Source: a virus (Duplodnaviria; Caudoviricetes). From it: DNA of 31,108 nucleotides. Position 1 is the first letter of the stretch, and each line of letters opens with the position of its first letter. A program made the translations under genes and the position numbers. The stretch covers positions 1 to 31,108 of IMG/VR virus record IMGVR_UViG_3300025168_000388. The stretch is one strand, 5' to 3'. Below the pieces are notes generated by a model. The model ran no database searches. It was not told where the DNA came from and worked only from the letters and a program-made list of their open reading frames with translations. Of this stretch, positions 8,161 through 16,498 are shown one piece after another.

Positions 8161-8467
8161 AATTTTTAATTTTAGTAAATATAGTTTTTAATTTATTCAT
8201 TCTTTTTTCGTTGTATTGCATTGCAATTGTTTTTAATTGCTTGTCAATGTTTTCTAATTGTGTAATAAACCTTTCAAACCTATGTTGATGTATTTCTAAA
8301 TCATTTGCTGTTAGGTGTATTCTACAGATAATACGTTTGTTCCAGTTAGCTCTTATTACTAAGTTGCGTAATCTATCCTGCAAGTATCTGTTAGTCTCGT
8401 ATGCCCACCAATTGTTAATATTATCGTTGTGGTGCTGTTCGTTGTGTGGATGAGGATAATGTATCAT
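8150..8467 (-). CDS. Hypothetical protein
   Basis: 105-aa ORF coupled to neighbours. Confidence 0.65.
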   Translation of the reverse strand: MIHYPHPHNEQHHNDNINNWWAYETNRYLQDRLRNLVIRANWNKRIICRIHLTANDLEIHQHRFERFITQLENIDKQLKTIAMQYNEKRMNKLKTIFTKIKNYEN

Positions 8468-8619
8468 TGCTCATTATATTTCTCCATTAAACTAAGTAAT
8501 ACTTCAGAATAAGATTTGTGTCCATTCTCTTTGCATTTGCCTTGAAACTTTACCAGCGTTTCTATTTTCTCTGCTGGTACGTAAAAGGTTCTTGTTGTGT
8601 ATGATATTTCTCTGCTCAT
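8464..8619 (-). CDS. Ribbon-helix-helix DNA-binding protein (51 aa, MSREISYTTRTFYVPAEKIETLVKFQGKCKENGHKSYSEVLLSLMEKYNEQ)
   Basis: Manual translation; alternating beta strand TRTFYVP, helix, G-x-x-S turn, helix SEVLLSLMEKY; ATGA coupling. Confidence 0.65.
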   Translation of the reverse strand: MSREISYTTRTFYVPAEKIETLVKFQGKCKENGHKSYSEVLLSLMEKYNEQ

Positions 8620-8630
8620 AATTGTTTGTT

Positions 8631-8894
8631 TTATTTGTTTATATATTTAAAATTATTTTTATAAAATTCTTTATTGTATGCAATAAAACTTCTTTTACAA
8701 GTTTTTACATTATCTAATTCATTTACAAACTTTCCTTCAATAACAATTTCTCCATTATTCATTTTAAAAACTTTGTAAATTTCATTATTAATAAAACTTT
8801 CTTTGTAATCTTCAAAACTTGGTATTAAATAAGGTTTTCCAATAAATTGAACTAAATATTTTTTTGTTCCGTTTTCTATAATTGATTGTTTCAT
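8631..8894 (-). CDS. Hypothetical early protein (87 aa from ATG 8894)
   Basis: A-rich leader before ATG 8894; the longer track start runs through promoter-like DNA. Confidence 0.6.
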   Translation of the reverse strand: MKQSIIENGTKKYLVQFIGKPYLIPSFEDYKESFINNEIYKVFKMNNGEIVIEGKFVNELDNVKTCKRSFIAYNKEFYKNNFKYINK

Positions 8895-8913
8895 AATTTT
8901 TAAGTTTATGATG

Positions 8914-8947
8914 TAAATATATATATAATTATAATACAAATTACAAA
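8914..8947 (-). promoter_or_regulatory. Candidate Bacteroidota-type early promoter (TTTG...TATATTTA)
   Basis: -7-like TATATTTA at 8914-8921; TTTG 15 and 22 nt upstream; heads the early operon. Confidence 0.45.
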
Positions 8948-8984
8948 ACACTATAAAAACTTTATTAACAATTAAATGTTAATT

Positions 8985-10046
8985 CTAAAATAAATGTGTA
9001 ATTCTAGCTACTTGGCCATTGTTTTTAGAGAAGATAAAACCTTCAATTGCTTGGTTATTAGATGAAGTATATCCCATTTTATGATGCCAACTATCTGCTG
9101 GTGATGGACTTCTTAAACTTTCTAAACTACAACCAATTAAATCTTTACTTACTTTGTGGTGAACGTGGTGTGCAAACATATATCTGTATTTAGTTTCACT
9201 CCATTCTTTACATTCATCTGCCATTAGTAATGGTAATAAATCCCATTTAGCACCGTCTCCGTGAGTACTGCCAATTAAGTTATTATAATAAGTATAATAC
9301 TTTCTATGTTGTAAACTAATATCGAAAGTGATGTTCTTGCTATTTCTAAAGTAAGTTGATATTGTATCTGCTAAACAAAAACCTGTCAAATAATCGTGGT
9401 TACTACTATTATAAACAACGTGTAAATCAGGATAGAAACTAACTAATGTTTCAATAATATTAATATATAAACGTTTTGCAATATGAAAATGCTCAAAAAA
9501 CATTCCATCTGTATCCTGAACAGTTCCTTTTGTAGTTTTACCACCACTTGGTGTGTCAATATGCATTACATCATTACCAATACATAGTATTAATTTATCT
9601 ATGTTAAAACCATTACTCTTTTGTAATATACCATCAACAGCTTCTAATGTTCTTTGAACTGCTATCTGCTTATTATATTCTTCACCACTTACAAAAGATT
9701 TACATAATTTACCAATGTGTATATCTGCTGGTGATATTAAAAGGCAGTGGCCATCGTTTACTTTAGGTTTAACAACCTTTTGAAAGTTTGGTGAGTATTC
9801 TTTTAAGTCCTTTAATAATTCTTCCTTAAAACCTTTTAAATCGTTTTTATTAAAATTAGGATTCTTAAAATATAAACTGGCTTTCTTGTTCTTTATCCAA
9901 CCACTATGAATATCGTTAGGATTTAAACCTTCTGCTTCTGCTTCTTGTTTTAACCTTCTATAATCATCTATAATTTGTGCCTCGTCTGAGTTGAGGCGGT
10001 AACGTGGATTACCTTTATCTTTCCACCTTTTTTTGTGTGATTTCAT
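8985..10046 (-). CDS. Calcineurin-like metallophosphoesterase
   Basis: DIHIGK, GNDxxHxD, SNHD, HGD and AHHVHH metal-binding motifs. Confidence 0.85.
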   Translation of the reverse strand: MKSHKKRWKDKGNPRYRLNSDEAQIIDDYRRLKQEAEAEGLNPNDIHSGWIKNKKASLYFKNPNFNKNDLKGFKEELLKDLKEYSPNFQKVVKPKVNDGHCLLISPADIHIGKLCKSFVSGEEYNKQIAVQRTLEAVDGILQKSNGFNIDKLILCIGNDVMHIDTPSGGKTTKGTVQDTDGMFFEHFHIAKRLYINIIETLVSFYPDLHVVYNSSNHDYLTGFCLADTISTYFRNSKNITFDISLQHRKYYTYYNNLIGSTHGDGAKWDLLPLLMADECKEWSETKYRYMFAHHVHHKVSKDLIGCSLESLRSPSPADSWHHKMGYTSSNNQAIEGFIFSKNNGQVARITHLF

Positions 10047-10082
10047 TTAACAATTTTGTTAAATATAATAAAAATAAATTAT

Positions 10083-10526
10083 TTAGTTTTTTTTGGAGCT
10101 TGTGCCATAATAAAAAGCAAAGATATTGCCAATAACAACACCTTCTACCATACCCATTAAATGAACAAATAATTCATTATGTAGAACTTCAGGTATATAT
10201 ACAACTGCATAAACTACAAACATAAAACAAGATAACCCAACAACACCAGTTACATTCATCATCCAGTCGTTTCCACCAGCTTTAGTAATTTCAACTTCGC
10301 GTTGTCTTGCACTATCTCTATCTTCTACTTCTAACTTGTATAATTCTACTAATTGCTCGTGAATTTGTTGTTTATCTTCTGGTAATAGGTTAGGGTCTTT
10401 ATCAATTAAATTTTTAACAACACCTAATAAACCAGCATCAGGTAATAAAGAACCAGCAACATCTAAAACGTGAGGTGCTTTCTCAGCTAAAAACTTTCCT
10501 ATTTTAGTGTCTTTTAATTGTTTCAT
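10083..10526 (-). CDS. Holin-like membrane protein (GTA-holin/3TM-like)
   Basis: EVEDRDSARQRE followed by hydrophobic helices and a FYYGTSS end; downstream of the endolysin. Confidence 0.7.
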   Translation of the reverse strand: MKQLKDTKIGKFLAEKAPHVLDVAGSLLPDAGLLGVVKNLIDKDPNLLPEDKQQIHEQLVELYKLEVEDRDSARQREVEITKAGGNDWMMNVTGVVGLSCFMFVVYAVVYIPEVLHNELFVHLMGMVEGVVIGNIFAFYYGTSSKKN

Positions 10527-10636
10527 CCACTACAGCTTTCACAACTTTCATCATCAATATTACAAGTTCTTTCTGGAACTGGTAAGTTTTCCATTTTCTT
10601 AATTAAGTCCTCTAAGTTAGTTTGATTTTTTTCCAT
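10523..10636 (-). CDS. 37-aa peptide with Cys-rich C-terminus (MEKNQTNLEDLIKKMENLPVPERTCNIDDESCESCSG)
   Basis: Manual translation; overlaps the endolysin end, and its stop overlaps the holin ATG (ATGA). Confidence 0.65.
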   Translation of the reverse strand: MEKNQTNLEDLIKKMENLPVPERTCNIDDESCESCSG

Positions 10637-11129
10637 TTAATTTATCCTTTGCTTTTTTTGATTTTGGTTTGAAAGATTTTGGTTGTAGCTCTAAATACTC
10701 TACTTCTGCTGAGAAACAAGGACACATTTTCATAAATTCGTGTTCCTCTACTCCATCACCATCTTTATCAGGTGAATAGTCTCTATGTCCGTGAATACTT
10801 GCTTGTGGATAAATGTTTTTTAATACTTTAAGTATTTTAATTAATGATGCTTTTTGTGCTTCTGTTCTTGTATCTTTTGCTTTTCCGTTAACATCTAAAC
10901 CGCCTACATAGGAAATACCAATTGAATCGCTGTTACCGTTCTTAACGTGTGCGCCAGCTCTTGATACTGGTCTACCAGCATTTATTTTGCCTTCAATACC
11001 TATGATATAATGATAACCTATGTCTGAAAAACCTCTGTTTAAATGCCATCTTTTTATAGTGGCTGGACTTACATTGTTACCCTCTCTGGTAGCTGTACAA
11101 TGTATTACAATTTTATTAACCTTTCTCAT
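10617..11129 (-). CDS. Endolysin, N-acetylmuramoyl-L-alanine amidase (T7 lysozyme-like)
   Basis: IVIHCTAT, DIGYHY, GAHV, SIGISYVGG, GHRD, KMCPCF motifs. Confidence 0.93.
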   Translation of the reverse strand: MRKVNKIVIHCTATREGNNVSPATIKRWHLNRGFSDIGYHYIIGIEGKINAGRPVSRAGAHVKNGNSDSIGISYVGGLDVNGKAKDTRTEAQKASLIKILKVLKNIYPQASIHGHRDYSPDKDGDGVEEHEFMKMCPCFSAEVEYLELQPKSFKPKSKKAKDKLNGKKSN

Positions 11130-11415
11130 CTCTTTTTCTATTTACTTTTTTTTTTGCACTATTTATTAATCGCGCTTCCATCTTAACAACTTTAACCCTT
11201 AGTTGTATGTTTTCTTCAATAAGTAATTCAATCTTTGTTTCTAGCTGTGTAATTTTATTAGTAAGAATTTCAATTTGTTTAGTATATAAACTTTCTTCTC
11301 TTTCGTCTTTCTTAGCACCTATGTCAATCTTTTGCTTTACAATTCCCCATATTTCTTTAATACCTAAAGCTCCAATTAAAGTGCTAACTACCATTAAAAT
11401 TGAGTGGTCTTCCAT
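11116..11415 (-). CDS. Putative holin/lysis accessory protein (N-terminal TM plus coiled coil)
   Basis: Likely start MEDHSILMVV at 11415; directly upstream of the amidase. Confidence 0.55.
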   Translation of the reverse strand: MEDHSILMVVSTLIGALGIKEIWGIVKQKIDIGAKKDEREESLYTKQIEILTNKITQLETKIELLIEENIQLRVKVVKMEARLINSAKKKVNRKRDEKG

Positions 11416-11438
11416 TCTTACTAATTTTAAATTGTTCA

Positions 11439-11687
11439 TTATTCTGGCATTGGCTCTGTCCAATCGCTACCACTAAGTAGCGTTAGTGCTTCTGTTTGGT
11501 TCATAACATCACCAACAGGCACTACCGAACCATCTGTAATAAAACTTGGTGTAACACTATAAGAAAGTAATCCTTGAGTGTTTGCTAAGTTTCTTCTCAT
11601 ACTTTGTGCAGAGCTTTGTGAAACCTGAGAAAAAAGCACCTTGTCTGTATCGCTTAAATTAATTACTATATAACTTCTATTATTCAT
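11439..11687 (-). CDS. Small tail-fibre-associated hypothetical protein
   Basis: 82-aa ORF after the LamG fibre gene. Confidence 0.6.
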   Translation of the reverse strand: MNNRSYIVINLSDTDKVLFSQVSQSSAQSMRRNLANTQGLLSYSVTPSFITDGSVVPVGDVMNQTEALTLLSGSDWTEPMPE

Positions 11688-11706
11688 TTTTATTTATTTT
11701 AAAATT

Positions 11707-13938
11707 TTAACTTGGTGTATCTGTTACCCTGTCTAAAACGTCCATATTTACACTAAGAGAATTACTACTACTGTAAGGTGCATCTCCTATAACTTCATCT
11801 CCACCCATTCCAGAGCTTAAACCATTAGCTGAACTTCCTACTCCGTCCACTATAGAATCTTCTCCCATATTTACAGAAGTTCCATTGTTACTACCTTTTT
11901 CATCTAATACAGTCCAGTTAGTATTAAAAGAACTATTACTACCTAACTGCCACCAGCTTACTAAGTTTGAATATGCACTATGGTTATTTAGGTTAGATGG
12001 TACACCTTCGTTATAAATTTCTGATACTTGTGCTGAAGTTAAAGCTGTATTCCAGATTGATGCGTTAGAAATAGAGCCAAGAAAAAAACCAGCACTTGAA
12101 TCTCTTGAACCAATAAATAAATTTCCACTTAAAGGAGCATAAGAAACTAAAGAATGATTATTAATTTCTTTTGTACCATCTACATATACATTGCAAATTG
12201 TACCACCTGAATCATATTCACAAGTTTGAACTATATGATGCCAGTTTCCATCTGCTAAATCTGTTGATGTTTGTGCTAATGTTGAACCTTGAACAAGTAC
12301 TACAGAAGAACCGCCAGAAGAAGCAGCTTGTGAATAAATTCTAATAGGCGAACCATTGGGAAATAAATTTGTAAAAACCCCAACAGGATGGTAGATAGTG
12401 TAATTACTTAAATCTGATTTATTCATTTTCACCCAACAGGCTAAAGATATATTAGGAAAGGTTGTATATGCTAAATCCACATTTGTTTGAATATACTGTG
12501 AACTTGCAGAATCAAAATCTAAAGCATAAGGAGAGTAACCACTTGTAAAACTTAAATCACTTTGTACTAAATTGGCTTGTGTCATTCCTGAGCTTGTGCC
12601 ATCGTTTGAATTAGTACTGTCATCAGGTATAGTCCAATTAGTACCATCATAAGTAGCAGAAGCATCTAATTTCCACCAACCTTGTAAAGATGTAAATCCT
12701 GTCATTGAAGTAAGTGGAGAACCATTATTGTAAAGAGTTTCTACTGAGTTAGAACCTGTTGCTGGTAAAGCTGTATTAAAAATTGATACGTTTGAAAGAG
12801 AGCCGTTAAAATTTAATGAACCATCTGACTTTGAGCCTATTGTTACATTTTGAGTGCTATTTACTATGTAATTTAATGTAGCTGTTGCTGTTCCATCTAA
12901 AGTATTATCAATATAAAGACTAACAGATGTTAAGTTTTTAATAGCTGTTATGTTGTGCCATTTACCATCATTGTAACTATTGGAAGTTGTCACATTGAAT
13001 ATCGTTCCTGAACTTGAGCCCTCTGTGTTGGTTAAATAAAACTGAAGTGTAATTTTTCCAGCAGTGTTAAAATACATTGCATAACTTGAGCCTGCTCCTG
13101 TAGTCCCTACATATAAACCTTTATAAATAATCCCTTGAAAAGAACTAGAATTTGTTTTAATCCAAGTTGATAAAGTTAAATTACTTGTTATTTGTAAACT
13201 TGTACTATTACCACAATCTATATAATCATTGGGTATAAAATCAAAAACATAGTCCTGAAGTGAAGCGTTGGGAATAAGGTAACTACTGGAATTATACGCT
13301 GATTTATCTCCTAAATTATAGCTCGCCACAGGCTTTGGAGATAAACTCATTGGGTTTCCTATACCAGTAGAGCTTGAACCATAAAGAGTTGTTACTTGGC
13401 TTGAAGAAAGAGCGTAATTATAAATGGATACTGCGTCAAGTTTTCCATTAAAATAATCAGAACCCCATCTTCCTATTTCAAGATTACCTGTATTATTATT
13501 AATCGCAGATGATATACTTGTTGTGTTTGTATCAACTGCACTACCATCGATATACAAAATTAAAGAAGTACTTGGTGTGTACGTTACAACGCAATGATGC
13601 CAAGTATTATCAGCATAAGTACTTGGAGATGTAACTCCAGAAGTAACACCATTTATAAAAGCTCTAATTGTGTTAGAATTACTTTGCCAAATACCAAAAT
13701 TTCTTTGTGTATATGAGCCAGTGCCTTTTGATAATAAATAAACATTTCCTGATGGAGTAGTATTTGTTTTAAACCATAATGAAATACTTAATTCTCCAGT
13801 TATTTGTAATTCAGTTGGATTACCAGCATCTATATAATCTAAACTGGCAGAATCAAAATCCATAGAATAGTTTGAAACCTTACTTTTATTTTCTTCATTT
13901 GGCAAACGCCATTGTCTATTTGTAAACTGTGTACTCAT
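11707..13938 (-). CDS. Virion fibre/receptor-binding protein with three LamG (concanavalin-A-like) domains
   Basis: Repeated MDFD..YID / SLWFK / WHH / LYIDG / FNG.L..VSI.N.AL patterns. Confidence 0.85.
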   Translation of the reverse strand: MSTQFTNRQWRLPNEENKSKVSNYSMDFDSASLDYIDAGNPTELQITGELSISLWFKTNTTPSGNVYLLSKGTGSYTQRNFGIWQSNSNTIRAFINGVTSGVTSPSTYADNTWHHCVVTYTPSTSLILYIDGSAVDTNTTSISSAINNNTGNLEIGRWGSDYFNGKLDAVSIYNYALSSSQVTTLYGSSSTGIGNPMSLSPKPVASYNLGDKSAYNSSSYLIPNASLQDYVFDFIPNDYIDCGNSTSLQITSNLTLSTWIKTNSSSFQGIIYKGLYVGTTGAGSSYAMYFNTAGKITLQFYLTNTEGSSSGTIFNVTTSNSYNDGKWHNITAIKNLTSVSLYIDNTLDGTATATLNYIVNSTQNVTIGSKSDGSLNFNGSLSNVSIFNTALPATGSNSVETLYNNGSPLTSMTGFTSLQGWWKLDASATYDGTNWTIPDDSTNSNDGTSSGMTQANLVQSDLSFTSGYSPYALDFDSASSQYIQTNVDLAYTTFPNISLACWVKMNKSDLSNYTIYHPVGVFTNLFPNGSPIRIYSQAASSGGSSVVLVQGSTLAQTSTDLADGNWHHIVQTCEYDSGGTICNVYVDGTKEINNHSLVSYAPLSGNLFIGSRDSSAGFFLGSISNASIWNTALTSAQVSEIYNEGVPSNLNNHSAYSNLVSWWQLGSNSSFNTNWTVLDEKGSNNGTSVNMGEDSIVDGVGSSANGLSSGMGGDEVIGDAPYSSSNSLSVNMDVLDRVTDTPS

Positions 13939-13939
13939 A

Positions 13940-15985
13940 TTAATCTCCCATTCTATTCCAGTAAATTAGGTTTGAACCTGATACTGTGGTTAAGTCTTTA
14001 GTTAAATTAGTTGATGTTGCATCGTAAATGCTTTGTATTTGTGTAGATGTTAGAGCTGTGTTCCAGATTCCTACTTCGTCTATAGAACCGTCAGTATTAT
14101 AACCAGATAAAACTTCACTTCCTCCTATCCTTAAATTTTTTATTGTTGATGCTGCAAAATTTGTTATAGTATTTGTTACAGGTGTTCCAGCATTTATATA
14201 TAAACTTTGATTCCCATTACTACCTCCAGTGCTTTCAAATATAAAAACTATATGATACCAAGTATTTGTAGTTAATCCTGTTGCTGTTAATTTACTGTTT
14301 GCGTCATATGACCAAGCGTGGACTGAATTTCCAGTTCTAAAATCAATATGATAGCCTGCACCATTACTTGCACTTGAATCTTTAGATATTATAGCATTAT
14401 TGCCTGTGTCGTTTAAATCAATCTTAACCCAAGCTGAAATAGTAAAAGAACTTGAAAACTGTAAACTAACATCATTTTCAACATCTATATAATCTGAACT
14501 TGCAGAATCAAAATTCATACTATACACGTTTGAAATGCCACTTGCAGTTACAGCTAAATCAAATGTTGACGAATTAGGGCATCCAGCACCACTTGTTTCA
14601 TAGAATATTTTATAAGATTGTATAGTAGAAGCAGCTAAATCAATTTCACCAGTAGAAGAGTTAATACTTAAACCACTAGGATAAGCACTATAAACACCAC
14701 CAGAAGTAGTTGGAGTAGTTGTTAAACTTGCTGTTCCTGTTTGTGCTAAACTATTTGAACTATAAGCAAAAGTAGCACCATCTAAAGCATTTATTGTTAC
14801 TGTATTATTAACTGTATTTGGACAAGTTCCATTAGTAGTATATACAACAGTATAACTTCCAACCGTTGAACTGTTTAAAGTAATAACACCTGTTGAACTA
14901 TCTATAGTTAAGTTTCCAGTAGATTCACTAAATGTACCACTTTGACCAGTTATTGTAGGCGCTGGTGTTGTTAAAGAATAAGTTCCGTGATATATTGTAA
15001 CACCATCATTTGGCATATAAAAAGTTCCTCCTGTTAAAGAATGAGGATGAGAAGTTCCATCACTACTTGCTGCATTTGCATCTGCTTGGTTAGCATATAA
15101 AGGATAATAACCATCTACAGCTAAAGCACCAGTTGGCATTTGACAATAAGCATTTGCTGAATAAGTTACTGTTGCACTATCTAAAGGTAATTCAGTTACT
15201 GTAGAAGCCGAAGAAGTAGCACTACATCCATTAGAATCTGTTCCTGTTACTGTATAACTACCAGCAGTTACATTTATAGCTTGTGTAGTTGCTCCAGTAC
15301 TCCATAAATAAGAAGATAAACCAGCAGTTGCAGTTAGTGTTGCTGTACTACCAACACAATAAGTTAAAGTACCAGATATTTCAACAGTTGGTAATGCATT
15401 TACAGTAATTGTAGTTCCACCAGAACTTGTACAACCATTAGAATCTGTACCTGTTGCATTAAATGTAGTTGTGGTAGTAGGTGATACTGTTCTTGGATTA
15501 TCTGTATTACCATCATTCCAAACATAAGTAGAAGCACCACTTGCAGTTAGTATTGTACTTTCACCATTACAAATAGTACCAGCAGAAACGCTTACAATAA
15601 CAGTTGGTAAAGCATTAATAGTTAAGTTAAATGTAGCAGTTGCAGAATCTGTATCTGTATATGTAATTAAATAACTTCCTAAAGTAGAAGCATCAATATC
15701 AACAACCCCAGTAGTTGAATTAATTACTAAACCAGTAGTTGAACTAAATGCACCAGCACCAGCATTATTTTGTATAGTTGGTGTAGGGTCGCTTGCATCA
15801 GCACAAAAAGCACTTGCAGAATAAGTTATTGATACAACAGGTTGCCCTCCAGCAATATTAGTATCACCACTTGGTGAACTATCATAAACAGCACCAAAGT
15901 TATTGGTAGAATTAGCTTTTGCTTTACCAAAATCATTGCTGTTGTTTACTGCAGCTTGTCCCCATTCTATGTTATTATCTGGCAT
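13940..15985 (-). CDS. Virion fibre/decoration protein with Ig-like adhesin repeats and a C-terminal LamG domain
   Basis: TVNALPTV...C.G....LTA....Y.W...TGTDSNGC repeats and GL.I.SSTG.I repeats; LamG at the C-terminus. Confidence 0.8.
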   Translation of the reverse strand: MPDNNIEWGQAAVNNSNDFGKAKANSTNNFGAVYDSSPSGDTNIAGGQPVVSITYSASAFCADASDPTPTIQNNAGAGAFSSTTGLVINSTTGVVDIDASTLGSYLITYTDTDSATATFNLTINALPTVIVSVSAGTICNGESTILTASGASTYVWNDGNTDNPRTVSPTTTTTFNATGTDSNGCTSSGGTTITVNALPTVEISGTLTYCVGSTATLTATAGLSSYLWSTGATTQAINVTAGSYTVTGTDSNGCSATSSASTVTELPLDSATVTYSANAYCQMPTGALAVDGYYPLYANQADANAASSDGTSHPHSLTGGTFYMPNDGVTIYHGTYSLTTPAPTITGQSGTFSESTGNLTIDSSTGVITLNSSTVGSYTVVYTTNGTCPNTVNNTVTINALDGATFAYSSNSLAQTGTASLTTTPTTSGGVYSAYPSGLSINSSTGEIDLAASTIQSYKIFYETSGAGCPNSSTFDLAVTASGISNVYSMNFDSASSDYIDVENDVSLQFSSSFTISAWVKIDLNDTGNNAIISKDSSASNGAGYHIDFRTGNSVHAWSYDANSKLTATGLTTNTWYHIVFIFESTGGSNGNQSLYINAGTPVTNTITNFAASTIKNLRIGGSEVLSGYNTDGSIDEVGIWNTALTSTQIQSIYDATSTNLTKDLTTVSGSNLIYWNRMGD

Positions 15986-15994
15986 AATATATTT

Positions 15995-16498
15995 TTAAAG
16001 TACCCAACCTCCAAAATCTGCAACATCATCTGGATACATATCCTCTTGAGAATTACTATAATACTCAGGTATTAATCCAGCTGCATTATTTTGCATATAA
16101 TCTATAAATCTGTTTGTGTAGAACTGTGCTGTAGTTCTGCTTCTTTCAACTAAGCTATCTACGTGTTCTTTGCTTAGTGCTGTGCTGTTTTCAGGATTTT
16201 TTGTATATATACCACCATTAGCAATATTTACACCAGCGTAAGGTAAGTATTCAACTAAACTCCAGTGTAAAAGCATATCTTTTATATAATCATTTAATAA
16301 AGATAAATATGGGTCAGCTAATGTATTAGCAACAATCTCTGCTTGTATTTTATTATATAAATCAGTACCAAGATAATTCTGTATGTGAATGTCTTGCGCT
16401 TGATTTATAAATGGTAAGATTTTGTCATTGTCGATGTTACCATTAGCAGCAGTAAATACTGATATATCGTGTCTTGTTACAAATAGTGCTTTACTCAT
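15995..16498 (-). CDS. Head-tail adaptor/connector protein (putative)
   Basis: AQDIHIQNYLGTDLY pattern; directly follows the portal. Confidence 0.6.
   Translation of the reverse strand: MSKALFVTRHDISVFTAANGNIDNDKILPFINQAQDIHIQNYLGTDLYNKIQAEIVANTLADPYLSLLNDYIKDMLLHWSLVEYLPYAGVNIANGGIYTKNPENSTALSKEHVDSLVERSRTTAQFYTNRFIDYMQNNAAGLIPEYYSNSQEDMYPDDVADFGGWVL

Noticed and set aside
9466-9476. AAACGTTTATA match inside the metallophosphoesterase gene as a fourth late promoter
   Set aside because: No ATATAAC element 13 nt upstream
11707-15985. Diversity-generating retroelement or invertase shufflon acting on the fibre genes
   Set aside because: No reverse transcriptase or site-specific recombinase ORF; repeats are short, direct and not adenine-specific variants
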